Below the pieces are notes generated by a model, which made no database searches, was not told the DNA's origin, and worked only from the letters and a program-made list of their open reading frames with translations. A DNA stretch of 63,788 nucleotides, counting the filler, from Octopus bimaculoides (Eukaryota), in NCBI RefSeq assembly GCF_001194135.2. It is 7 parts of 7 records of this genome, joined end to end, with 100 filler letters (N's around TTAATTAATTAA, not from the genome) between each part and the next. Parts side by side here need not be neighbours in the genome. Positions count along the whole stretch, not along the records: positions 31,368 to 45,501 come from NC_068994.1; positions 45,602 to 51,999 come from NW_026349690.1; 5 more parts are not named here. The stretch is one strand, 5' to 3'. Positions 39,435 to 50,549 of the stretch are shown here, one piece after another. Numbering within the stretch: position 1 is the first letter of the stretch; the number at the start of each line of letters is the position of its first letter. The position numbers and the translations under genes were made by a program.

Positions 39435-39454
39435 TCCAAGTTCACCTGTATATG

Positions 39455-39650
39455 TATATGAAGTTGAAATTTATAGAAAAACAGAAGACGAAGACACGTG
39501 TATGAACAATAACCAAGTGTATTAGTTTGACGCTCGAGAAGGTGAGAAATTCTTTTACGTTTCGAGCCTACGCTCTTCAACAGAAAAGAATAAGAGAAAA
39601 TAAACAGAGATAGAATGAAAAATAACTTGTAGATTTCAGAGGTCCAGCAT
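39455..39650 (-). mobile_element. Penelope-like terminal (pLTR) fragment
   Basis: Contains a minimal hammerhead-like fold (see separate feature), typical of Penelope pLTRs; directly abuts a SINE head. Family assignment is from recall. Confidence 0.5.
39549..39591 (-). ncRNA. Minimal type-I hammerhead-ribozyme-like motif with variant core
   Basis: Minus strand AUUCUUUU-CUGUUGAA-GAGC(GUAG)GCUC-GAAAC-GU-AAAAGAAU: complementary stem I, 4-bp stem II, GAAAC, palindromic ACGU stem III. The core deviates from CUGANGA. Confidence 0.5.
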
Positions 39651-39731
39651 GGCGAATGTATATGTATATAGTTCATAGATGAGAGATGAGAATCAGATAT
39701 TCTCCATATCTGCTCTCACAAACAAAGAATA

Positions 39732-39980
39732 CTTAAAATGAACCCGACCGCTCTCAAAAATTAAGTAAAAAAAAACAAAAAACGGAAAAATAATTCAGAA
39801 TCGTTGTCCGATACCGGATCGATCCCAAAATCTAATCAGTTTGTGCCAGTCATGAGGCCAAACATCCCTGAAAGTTTCATCTGAATCTATCCAGCGGTTC
39901 TTGATATATCTTGTCCACGGACAAACAAACAAACACAACTGAAAACAACACCTCCGCTTTGGCTAAGGCGGAGACAAAAA
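39732..39980 (+). mobile_element. Non-autonomous Helentron/HINE (DINE-1-like) element
   Basis: Typical organisation: core sequence, (CAAA)n microsatellite, GAAAACAACA, then a GC-rich 3' hairpin CTCCGCTTT-GGCT-AAGGCGGAG followed by an A-run. Confidence 0.55.
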
Positions 39981-40329
39981 TGCCTAAACATTTTGAGAAA
40001 CAACACCAACACATCTGGTCCAGATAACATCCCATTCATCATTCATAAGTCTATCTCTTGGACTTCTGTAATGAGATTTATGAGAAAGCAAACTAATATT
40101 CCTGAAGTTTTTAATTATTCCCTCGGAGAAAGGAGAGCTTCGTCTGTCTCAGAACTACATCCCCACCTCTAGCTTCAAATATTAACAAGTAAATGCTCTT
40201 TCATTGAATTTCCTCTTTCATAGATTTCGTCAAACGACGGAACCAAAACGGCAGAAAAATCATAGAAGAACTCAGAGACATGAAAGCAAAGTTGCAGGTG
40301 TTTTCTTCTCATAGAAATACTAAAGGTTT

Positions 40330-40525
40330 CGCTCCCAGCTGTTGCATGGCTGTTGACTCTACCGAGTTCACCCATCCTTTGACAGGATTTGTCTTTCATC
40401 GTGTAGGGTGTCCAACGAAGACCACTCTCCTTACTAGACACGCTTGGTTGAGTCGTCAGTTTAGTCACCGGCAGCAGATCATGCAACAGGTTGCCCTGGA
40501 CTACATGTTACCAGAGGTATCATGA
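40330..40525. mobile_element. Probable LINE-derived (RTE-like) non-coding fragment
   Basis: GC-richer, complex block (…caggttgccctggactacatgttaccagagg) that resembles RTE untranslated sequence from recall; no diagnostic protein motif. Confidence 0.25.
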
Positions 40526-40748
40526 GTGACCTCACATGACGAACGCTGTATGTCAGGTCACGCTGTATGTATGATGGGTGGATGGATGGATGAATGGATG
40601 GATGGGTGGATGGAGAGAGGGAGGGATATATACACACATACATATATACGTATACACATACTTTTCATAGGTATTGATAATCAATTTATTTCAGGTGGAT
40701 ATATGTGTGTGTGTGTGTGTGTATGTGTGTGTGCGTGCGTGTGTGTGG

Positions 40749-40801
<53 letters not shown>

Positions 40802-41090
40802 TAAAGATAAATACGCATATACATACACACACACACACACACAGATAAACATGCATTTCTATTTATTTCAGTATATGTTCACGTGAGGTATGCATTTATA
40901 TATTAATATTTGTGTGTATGTGTGTGCGTGACTCTGGAGAAACATTTGCGTACAGCCATTCAGCCGAATTCAACAGATACACACCACACAGCAATATTTG
41001 ATGACATCAACAGAAAATCCAATCCTGTAGAACTGTTATCCCAGGGGAGACTATCCAGGCCATCATTATCGTAACGAAAAACGTCATGTT

Positions 41091-41227
41091 CAAATTCCGC
41101 CGAGGTCGACTTTGCCTTTCGTCCTTTCGAGGGTCGATAAATTAAGTACCAGTTGCGTACTGGGGTCAATCTAATCGACTGCCCCCCCTCCCCAAAAATT
41201 TCGGGCCTTGTTCCTAGAGTAGAAAAG
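41091..41227 (+). mobile_element. 5'-truncated SINE family 2 with about 17-bp TSD
   Basis: Body begins CAAATTCCGCCGAGGTCGAC; flanked by AACGAAAA(A)CGTCATGTT at 41073-41090 and 41228-41244. Confidence 0.9.
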
Positions 41228-41505
41228 AACGAAAACGTCATGTTTTGTGAAAAACACAACCAGTAAAACTAATAAGAATTCCAACACTACCAACATTTTC
41301 AGTTAGACGCCCCAGCTCCTTATCTCTTTCTGATTGTTGTGTATAATATCCCGTAGGTAAAAATCTTGGCCCCATCCAAGACAAAGCCCTACAGTTAGTT
41401 AGAAATAACCAAGATATTATCAGAACTTGTATCGCTCTGTCACTGACTTTGATGATGGACTTGTCTTCATGGTATCAAGTGTTAGTCATCTTTTATTTTG
41501 TCGGG

Positions 41506-41817
41506 CGCTCCGTCGGTTACGACGACGGGTATTCCAGTTGATCCGATCAACAGAACAGCCTTCTCGTGAAACTAACGTGGCCGAGCATTCCACAAATACG
41601 TTCACCCTTAACGTAATTCTCAAGGAGATTCAACAAGACAGAGAATGTGACAAGATTGGCCTCTTTGAAATACAAGTACAACTCATTTTTGCCAGCTGAG
41701 TGGTCTGGAGCAACGCTCATGGACACAAGGACACAAGGGCACAACGTGCCACCAGGAATCAAACTCGCGACGTTACGAGTGTGAACCGGATACCCTAACC
41801 ACTAAATCACGTGTCTT
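41506..41817 (-). mobile_element. SINE family 3 (tRNA head at right end)
   Basis: Colinear with 53511-53831; the minus strand has A/B-box-like TAGTGGTTAGGG..GAGTTTGATTCC. Confidence 0.82.
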
Positions 41818-41829
41818 TATAGCATCAAG

Positions 41830-42430
41830 TGTAATATGCAGGACTTGTCACAATCTGTATCCTTGGGAATATTGCAGCAAAGGTCAATGCAGTGAAAGCT
41901 GAGTATGATCGTTGATAATGCTGAGTGTTCCAAAGAAGGCTCATAACTCAAGTAACTCAGTGACTTATCTTATCTCGAGTCCTGTGTTTTTGACAGCAAG
42001 AAATTTTTCCTCACACGCAAGAGAGAAGGGTTGAATTGCCTGTCACAAGCTTTAAAACATCAGTTAAGTATTCCTAAATAAACAAGTCTGACTTTCACAG
42101 GGCTTGTTTGGAGAGCATTTTTTTTTCTCTACAGAACAGAAATTTGGACTATGAAGGAGTCCCAAGACACCTTTGAAGCTATGCACAGCAGACTGCTTAT
42201 CAGGCTCGAAAAAGTCTCATGGTTTGAGCACAAGGTCAAAGAAAAGACTTGCGAAGGTATCCAACACTATCATTGTCGATCTACTGAGGGCAAGCTTTCC
42301 TGGACACTATCAAGCTGATCATCAGGCCATAACAGATATATTTTGCATAGTTCCGTGCCCTGATAAAAGGACGAAGACCGCTCAAATGGATTGATGTTAT
42401 TGGAACAGACACTACAGGACAATGAGAATC
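41830..42430 (+). mobile_element. Decayed RTE/RTE-X-like LINE fragment (RT thumb to ORF end)
   Basis: Across frameshifts: KVNAVKAEY, DLSYLESCVFDSKKFFLTRK..*IACHKL, WTMKESQDTFEAMHSRLLIRLEKVSWFEH, FPGHYQADHQAITDIF, GRRPLKWIDVI-like. Confidence 0.6.
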
Positions 42431-42527
42431 TACCAAAGCTAAGTGGTGAGGTGGGGGTTAATCTTTGTGCAGGGTGGTAAAACGAATCTTGCTTGAGGTT
42501 GCTTGAATGTGTACGTGCGTGTGCATG

Positions 42528-42622
<95 letters not shown>

Positions 42623-43154
42623 TATATAGAANNNNNNNNNNNNNNNNNNNNNNNNNNNNNNNNNNNNNNNNNNNNNNNNNNNNNNNNNNNNNNNNNNNNN
42701 NNNNNNNNNNNNNNNNNNNNNNNNNNNNNNNNNNNNNNNNNNNNNNNNNNNNNNNNNNNNNNNNNNNNNNNNNNNNNNNNNNNNNNNNNNNNNNNNNNNN
42801 NNNNNNNNNNNNNNNNNNNNNNNNNNNNNNNNNNNNNNNNNNNNNNNNNNNNNNNNNNNNNNNNNNNNNNNNNNNNNNNNNNNNNNNNNNNNNNNNNNNN
42901 NNNNNNNNNNNNNNNNNNNNNNNNNNNNNNNNNNNNNNNNNNNNNNNNNNNNNNNNNNNNNNNNNNNNNNNNNNNNNNNNNNNNNNNNNNNNNNNNNNNN
43001 NNNNNNNNNNNNNNNNNNNNNNNNNNNNNNNNNNNNNNNNNNNNNNNNNNNNNNNNNNNNNNNNNNNNNNNNNNNNNNNNNNNNNNNNNNNNNNNNNNNN
43101 NNNNNNNNNNNNNNNNNNNNNNNNNNNNNNNNNNNNNNNNNNNNNNNNNNNNNN

Positions 43155-43201
<47 letters not shown>

Positions 43202-43202
<1 letters not shown>

Positions 43203-43576
43203 TCTTTTATTCTTTTATTTGTCTCAGTCATTTTAGGCCATGCTGGAGCACCGCCTTTAGTTGAACGAAATGAACACAGGACTTATTTATTGTAAGCCTA
43301 GTACTTATTCTATCGGTCTCTTTTGCCGAACCGCTAGTTTACGGGGACGCAAACGCACCAGCATCGGTTGTCAAACGATGGTGAGGGTACAAAGACAAAC
43401 ACACAAACATATACATATATATACAACGGGCTTCTTTTAGTTTCCGTCTACCAAATTCACTGTCAAGGCATTGTTCGGCCCGAGTCTAGAGTAGAAGACA
43501 CTTGCCCAAGTTGTCACACAGTGTGACTGAACCCGGAACCATGTAGTTGGTAAGCAAGTTACTTACCACACAGCCA
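43202..43576 (-). mobile_element. SINE family 1, full length
   Basis: All family motifs present on the minus strand. Confidence 0.88.
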
Positions 43577-43602
43577 TATTTATATTCATGTATTTATGTG
43601 TA

Positions 43603-43634
<32 letters not shown>

Positions 43635-44396
43635 NNNNNNNNNNNNNNNNNNNNNNNNNNNNNNNNNNNNNNNNNNNNNNNNNNNNNNNNNNNNNNNNNN
43701 NNNNNNNNNNNNNNNNNNNNNNNNNNNNNNNNNNNNNNNNNNNNNNNNNNNNNNNNNNNNNNNNNNNNNNNNNNNNNNNNNNNNNNNNNNNNNNNNNNNN
43801 NNNNNNNNNNNNNNNNNNNNNNNNNNNNNNNNNNNNNNNNNNNNNNNNNNNNNNNNNNNNNNNNNNNNNNNNNNNNNNNNNNNNNNNNNNNNNNNNNNNN
43901 NNNNNNNNNNNNNNNNNNNNNNNNNNNNNNNNNNNNNNNNNNNNNNNNNNNNNNNNNNNNNNNNNNNNNNNNNNNNNNNNNNNNNNNNNNNNNNNNNNNN
44001 NNNNNNNNNNNNNNNNNNNNNNNNNNNNNNNNNNNNNNNNNNNNNNNNNNNNNNNNNNNNNNNNNNNNNNNNNNNNNNNNNNNNNNNNNNNNNNNNNNNN
44101 NNNNNNNNNNNNNNNNNNNNNNNNNNNNNNNNNNNNNNNNNNNNNNNNNNNNNNNNNNNNNNNNNNNNNNNNNNNNNNNNNNNNNNNNNNNNNNNNNNNN
44201 NNNNNNNNNNNNNNNNNNNNNNNNNNNNNNNNNNNNNNNNNNNNNNNNNNNNNNNNNNNNNNNNNNNNNNNNNNNNNNNNNNNNNNNNNNNNNNNNNNNN
44301 NNNNNNNNNNNNNNNNNNNNNNNNNNNNNNNNNNNNNNNNNNNNNNNNNNNNNNNNNNNNNNNNNNNNNNNNNNNNNNNNNNNNNNNNNNNNNNNN

Positions 44397-44471
<75 letters not shown>

Positions 44472-45789
44472 TGTAGAGAGGAGGGAGAATTTGTATGTTT
44501 ATATTTATGTATGTATATATAGAGAGCCATATATATATGTATATGCGAAGTGTAATTGCGAGCTGTTGCGGCGTGGATGCATATGGCGGTGCAGAGATTT
44601 GCTTCGGTGTGGAGGTACGTTGCACAAGTTTGTAGCGCTACCAGGTATTGTGTCTCTATCAGCAGATCTGTGACGTCACGTCTGTACAGGCAGTCGTGTC
44701 AATGGCGTACGCACCTATTGCAGACGGCATGCAGCAACAGGTCCATCTACACAGCAGAAACCACCATGCTTAGTGTACATCCGTGGCACACATGTCTGTC
44801 TTGTGTATTTGCCGAGTTCAGCAAAATACGCGTAGGTAAACGTTTCTAAAATGCACACATGCACACGCACACACGCACACACACTCACGCGCATGCGCGC
44901 ACACAAACACATTCGCACACACAAACAACACTATCACAGACACACACGCTCGCAGACACACACAAACGCACACACACACACACACACACACACCTCATAC
45001 ACATACACCTCACATACACTCACTATCACAGACAGAGACATATTCACGCACACACACACTCACACACAATACACACACACACTCGCACATNNNNNNNNNN
45101 ATATAAGTGTATGTGTGTGTGTGTGTGCGTGTGTGTGCGTGTGTATTTGTGTGCATGCATGTGTATGTATATAGCGTAGAACTTCACGTTTAATGGACCC
45201 GTAAGGGTGTCACGGTGATATACGGCGTGTCTTGCGCTTTTCAAATATCTAGCTAGCCGTCTATCCATCCATCCATCCAACCATCCATCCATCCATCCGT
45301 CCGTCTGTCTGTCTGACTGTCTCCCTGTCTCCCTATCTGTCTTTCTGTCTATCTATCTATCTATCTGTCTGTCTGTTTGTCTGTCTCATTCATTCTCATT
45401 CTTTCTCTGTCCTTCTGTGTGTATATGCGTTTGAGTGTGTGTGCGTGTGTGTATGTATATATGCATGTATGTTTGTATGTATATATATACTTATATATAT
45501 ANNNNNNNNNNNNNNNNNNNNNNNNNNNNNNNNNNNNNNNNNNNNTTAATTAATTAANNNNNNNNNNNNNNNNNNNNNNNNNNNNNNNNNNNNNNNNNNN
45601 NATATATATATGCATTTAATACGTGCTTGCCCACAATTATCACACTGTCAGTAATACACACTTTGGACAGAAGGTTTTAGAATATGTGGGGGCGTGTGGG
45701 AGAGATTAAAATAATGAAGTTGGTAACTTATTACGTATTTAGCGATATATCGTCAATGAAGTAATATAAAAAAGAATTCTTCAACTTAC

Positions 45790-45861
45790 AGTTTTGTTAA
45801 ACTGGAAAGATTTCGGAATGTTTCTACCTCGATTTCCTGGAGGTTATTATCACCCAAATTC
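45790..45861 (-). CDS. LRR exon A (most 3' visible); 72 nt; NLGDNNLQEIEVETFRNLSSLTK(L)
   Basis: attatttttgacag|G AAT TTG GGT GAT AAT ... ACA AAA CT|gtaagt. 72 nt, open, phase 2; also visible at the end of ORF 45786..46139. Confidence 0.88.
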
Positions 45862-47069
45862 CTGTCAAAAATAATTGAGTTAAGTAGAATTTGTAAAGAA
45901 CGAACTTTTGATGAAAAAAACGAACCAGCAGAATTCAGGAGAAACGTGATGTGATAGTAATTAGAGACGAGAGACTGAAAAAACTTAAAAATTTGGGAAA
46001 ATGTGAAGTAAGCGGAGGATAATAAAAAGAGGGCGGAAAAGTCGTAGAAAGGCTGGTGGGGTTGGAGTAGAAGGAAGACAAAGAGAAAAGTGCTGAGGAA
46101 AGGAAACAAATACAAGAAGAGGGCAGAACCAAGAAGCAAAATTTTAACAGGTCGGTGGGAAACAGGAATACGAAATTGAATGAAATTTGACAGAACCTAA
46201 AAGTAAGGAGGATGCGGAGAAAATAAAGAATAAGATGGCAATATTGAAGCAGAGTAAAAATACACAGTAGTATTAAAGGAAATGAAAGGAATATTAAAGA
46301 AAGATAATAAAGAGAAGCAGAAGAAAAAGTAGAAAAGGAGGAGAGCAACAACAACGACAACAATAACAACACAAACAACAGCAAGAAAGCATAAGAAGAG
46401 GAAAAAGAGGAAAAAGCAAAAAAAAAAAAAAANNNNNNNNNNAAAAAAAAAAAAAAAAGAAGAAGGTAAAGAAGAAGAACGGCAACAACAACAAATGAAA
46501 GAAAAGATCAAAGAAAGAATGGAGGAAAATATTAGAAAGAAAAGAAAGCAGAAGAAAAGAAGGGAAAGTAGAAGAAAGGAGCGGAAGAAAAAGGTACGAG
46601 TAGCAGAAGTAGAAGGATGAGGAGGAGGAGGAGAAGAAAGGGGAGAAATTCTGTAAAAATTTGATTGCGTAAAATATATTCATATTAATTATGTACTCTT
46701 AAAATATGCAAATACAAAGGAGAGTTACGTATGATAATTATCATTGATCAAGAGATAAACACAGTAAATGATATACAGATAGAAACAGAAACACAAATCG
46801 ATACACACTTATAGATTCACTCATACAAAGACACAAATATATATTCACATGCATACACAAACTATCATACAGTCCTATACACATTTATATTCATACCAAT
46901 CACAGACACACATATTTACAGACGTTCACAAGCAATCACACATTTCTATCGAAAAAGAGTGAGACTGTAAAGAGCCACAAGAACGGGACGTGAAACAAAA
47001 TGGAGAGATTATAAATAGTTAGTAATATAATGCCATTGAAATATTATCAACAAGATTTATCTGGCTTAC

Positions 47070-47141
47070 AGATATGTTAACATGGACAGATCATCGAATG
47101 TTCCAACGTGAATTTTGTTGAGTTTATTTTTATTCAAATAT
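47070..47141 (-). CDS. LRR exon B; 72 nt; YLNKNKLNKIHVGTFDDLSMLTY(L)
   Basis: tattttattttacag|A TAT TTG AAT AAA AAT ... ACA TAT CT|gtaagc. 72 nt, open, phase 2, LRR consensus. Confidence 0.88.
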
Positions 47142-47677
47142 CTGTAAAATAAAATATTAGTTGATATGACAACGTAGAGAGGAACATTATGGTAAAATAT
47201 ATCATTATCAGTGAAATGTTTACAAAATAAGATAATGAGAAGTGTTTTCTGATAAGCTGTAAAATATTGTTAAACAATTACGTGATGTAGGAGAAAGAAA
47301 ATGGATGAGAATGATGATTATAATATTGAGAATGAGGGAATGAAGTTGAGGAGAAGGATGGTGATGGAGGTGGTCGTGGTGGTGTGGGTGAATATAAGGC
47401 AGAGGCTGTGGATAGGAGGATGGTGGTAGGATTGATGGAGTTGATGTTGTTGCTAATGATGATGATGAAGAAGAAGAGGAGACAAAAGATGAAAGAAGAA
47501 GAATTGATTCAAGAATAATGTAGTGACACTGTTTATGTTTAACGAAAAGATTCCTCAACCGATTTACAAGTATTAAAATTTATAGGTATTTAGAGATTAA
47601 AAGAAAGTATGGGGCCACATTACATATTCAGCAGTTTAGCGTCTATTAAGTAATACAAAAACACTGACTGAACTTAC

Positions 47678-47749
47678 AATGTTGTTACACTGGAAAGATT
47701 TTGGAATGTTTCTGCTTTGATTTCCTTGAGTTCGTTACGTTCCAAACTC
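47678..47749 (-). CDS. LRR exon C; 72 nt; SLERNELKEIKAETFQNLSSVTT(L)
   Basis: aattttgacag|G AGT TTG GAA CGT AAC ... ACA ACA TT|gtaagt. 72 nt, open, phase 2, LRR consensus. Confidence 0.88.
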
Positions 47750-49669
47750 CTGTCAAAATTAATGGATTTAAGTAGAATTTATAACGACCTGATTCTTTAT
47801 GCAAAACAGAAGATCAAACAGAATTAAAGAAAAACGTGATGTGAAAAAAATTAGAGGCGACAGAGAGCAAAACGTTTAAAATTTGAAACAAGCTGGTGAA
47901 GTAAGAGGGGGGACAATCAAAAGAGGAGGGAAAAGTCATAGATGGACAGGTGGGTTTAGAATAGGAGAAGAAAGAGAAAGCCGAGGAAAATTATCACGGT
48001 AGTAATTCCCCTTTCGATTTTTAGACTTTTTTATTAGTATAATATTTATTTCGAAATGTTCTTAAAAATACATCAAGCTGCGACTAGATAGTTAATTACG
48101 ACATATAACACCCATTTTTGTCTTTAAATATTTAACCTATTATTTACAAAAAAAGTTAAAATTAAAAATTTTATGAACCAGAAATTATTCCCAAATAGTA
48201 GTACCAGCTTACAAAAAGTCTTATGCCCTAACTTGTTTCTGCTGTCTTCTTCTGTCTGTGTCCTTCCCTCAGCCTTCTTCTCTTTGTTCTCCTTCTACTC
48301 CAACCCCCTGCCCTTCTACGACTTTTCTGTCCTCTTTTTATTCTCCTACTCTTACTTTACCTTTTCCCAAATTTTGAACATTTTCAATCTCTTGTCTCTA
48401 ATTATTATCACATTACGTTAAGTAAAAATTAAATATGAATTTGAAAATATAACTTATAACTCCATATTTTGTAATTCACAGCGAACATACAAATACAGCT
48501 TGACTATTAAAAAAAACCTCAGGCGTTTTTTAATAGAGATACATATTGGATTTCATAAAGAGGATGTCAGATTTAATATGACATATATTAACACCTACTT
48601 CCTATATGTGTTTTAGTCAAGATTCAAATACAAGTGACTGGAAGATCGGATATATTAATCCCATAAAATGATAACCAAGAAAAAATCTTATGTACTTTAA
48701 ACGTCTTCTTCTAGTTTTTTCTATTAACTTCTGAGGAGTACATGTATGACTATTACGATTTTACATTTATGAATATCTGAGTCCATTTGTATGAAATAAT
48801 TGTATAGGAATGCGAAAAATACAAACCATAATCCATTTGAACATCAAATCTCCTTCATTACATAAATATGAATTAATTAATCGAACTTGTTTAATAAGTT
48901 CAGTCATATATTGATTATTTCAATACAAGCTTTTTATACCTAAACGAATTGCATTAAAAAATTCGAAAGTAAAGTATGAAGGAAAAACATTAGAAATCAT
49001 AGGAAAAAATTCCAATTAAAGGACGAATTTACATTCATCCGATAAAGTATATATAAAGTGTATATAATATAATATATATACATATATAGACACACAAAAC
49101 ACAAACAGGGGGAGAAACAGCGAGAGAGAAGCAAAGAGAGATGTAAACAAATATATGTACAAATTATGAGGGCTGGCACTACACCAATATTACCGTGAAC
49201 GTTCAGTGATACACACTCAGACACACCAACAGCCAGAAGAATATTAGAATGATTTGGGAAGCGATTTAGAAACAGAAGAATGAGAGTATTTAATTAATAG
49301 TCGTAATTCTTTTAAGCGCATAAAGTAGAAAAAGATGAATGACCACAAAAGTAGAAGAAGAAGAAGAAGAAGAAGAAGAAGAAGAAGAAGAAGANNNNNN
49401 NNNNNNNNNNNNNNNNNNNNNNNNNNNNNNNNNNNNNNNNNNNNNNNNNNNNNNNNNNNNNNNNNNNNNNNNNNNNNNNNNNNNNNNNNNNNNNNNNNNN
49501 NNNNNNNNNNNNNNNNNNNNNNNNNNNNNNNNNNNNNNNNNNNNNNNNNNNNNNNNNNNNNNNNNNNNNNNNNNNNNNNNNNNNNNNNNNNNNNNNNNNN
49601 NNNNNNNNNNNNNNNNNNNNNNNNNNNNNNNNNNNNNNNNNNNNNNNNNNNNNNNNNNNNNNNNNNNNN

Positions 49670-49741
49670 NNNNNNNNNNNNNNNNNNNNNNNNNNNNNGG
49701 TTGGAAAGGAGATTTATTGTAAAATATTATGATTGAAATGT
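49670..49741 (-). pseudogene. Disabled LRR exon D (in-frame TAA); 3' part lost in N gap; HFNHNILQ*ISFPT...
   Basis: tattttattttatag|A CAT TTC AAT CAT AAT ATT TTA CAA TAA ATC TCC TTT CCA ACC, then N. Acceptor and upstream intron are homologous to those of exon B. Only 49699-49741 is visible; the 49670 boundary assumes 72 nt. Confidence 0.6.
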
Positions 49742-50375
49742 CTATAAAATAAAATATTAGATGATTAGAAAATGTATAGAAGTGTTTTATTATAAAATGT
49801 AAAATATGGTGGCTAAACAATAACTTGGTGTAGGAAAAGGAATGTAGATGAGGATAAAGATGATGATGATATTAAGGAATAGGAGAAGCAGGTGTATGAG
49901 GATGGAGGTTGTGGTGGTGTGGATGAAAATGAGGTAGAGACTGAGGACAGGAGGACAGTGGTAGTGTTGATGAAGATAATGGTGTTATGATAACGATGAG
50001 GATGAAGACGTGTGTGGTGATGATGAACAAGTGTGAAATAGTTTTTCTCCTAATTGTCACAACCGAATCCTGAATCTGAAGAACGGACCCTCGCTCGCAT
50101 TCACAAACAATAAGCCACCTTTTCGAAAAAGACAGATTTTACATATACACACAGACGTACAGATGTGTGTAGAAAATAGTTTCCCTGAACTATCATGCTC
50201 TCATGTATTCCATATCATTGAAATGGGCACACATTCGCTCACACAGATTTACAAACAATAAAACACATCTTCGGAAACACTGGTGAAGGAGCTTAAAATG
50301 AAAGCTGGGAAGATAATACAGATTTAGAAATACATCGTCAATGAAATACTAAAAAAGAAAACTGATTCAACATAC

Positions 50376-50447
50376 ATATATTCTAAACTGGACAGATTTC
50401 GGAAGGTGCCTGTTTTGATTTCCTTGATATCATTATAACTCAAGTAC
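50376..50447 (-). CDS. LRR exon E; 72 nt; YLSYNDIKEIKTGTFRNLSSLEY(M/I)
   Basis: ttttatgttccag|G TAC TTG AGT ... GAA TAT AT|gtatgt. 72 nt, open, phase 2; 63/72 nt identical to exon F. Confidence 0.88.
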
Positions 50448-50549
50448 CTGGAACATAAAATTGAGACAATAAGAAATTATATTAAGCATATTTGTGATTG
50501 AATTTTTGCTAAATAATTAGATGATGGAATTAATCACGATGATGAATAA

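Noticed and set aside
40956-41074. Possible plus-strand terminal exon IQPNSTDTHHTAIFDDINRKSNPVELLSQGRLSRPSLS*
   Set aside because: Poor polypyrimidine tract and no recognisable homology; 38 open codons is within chance.
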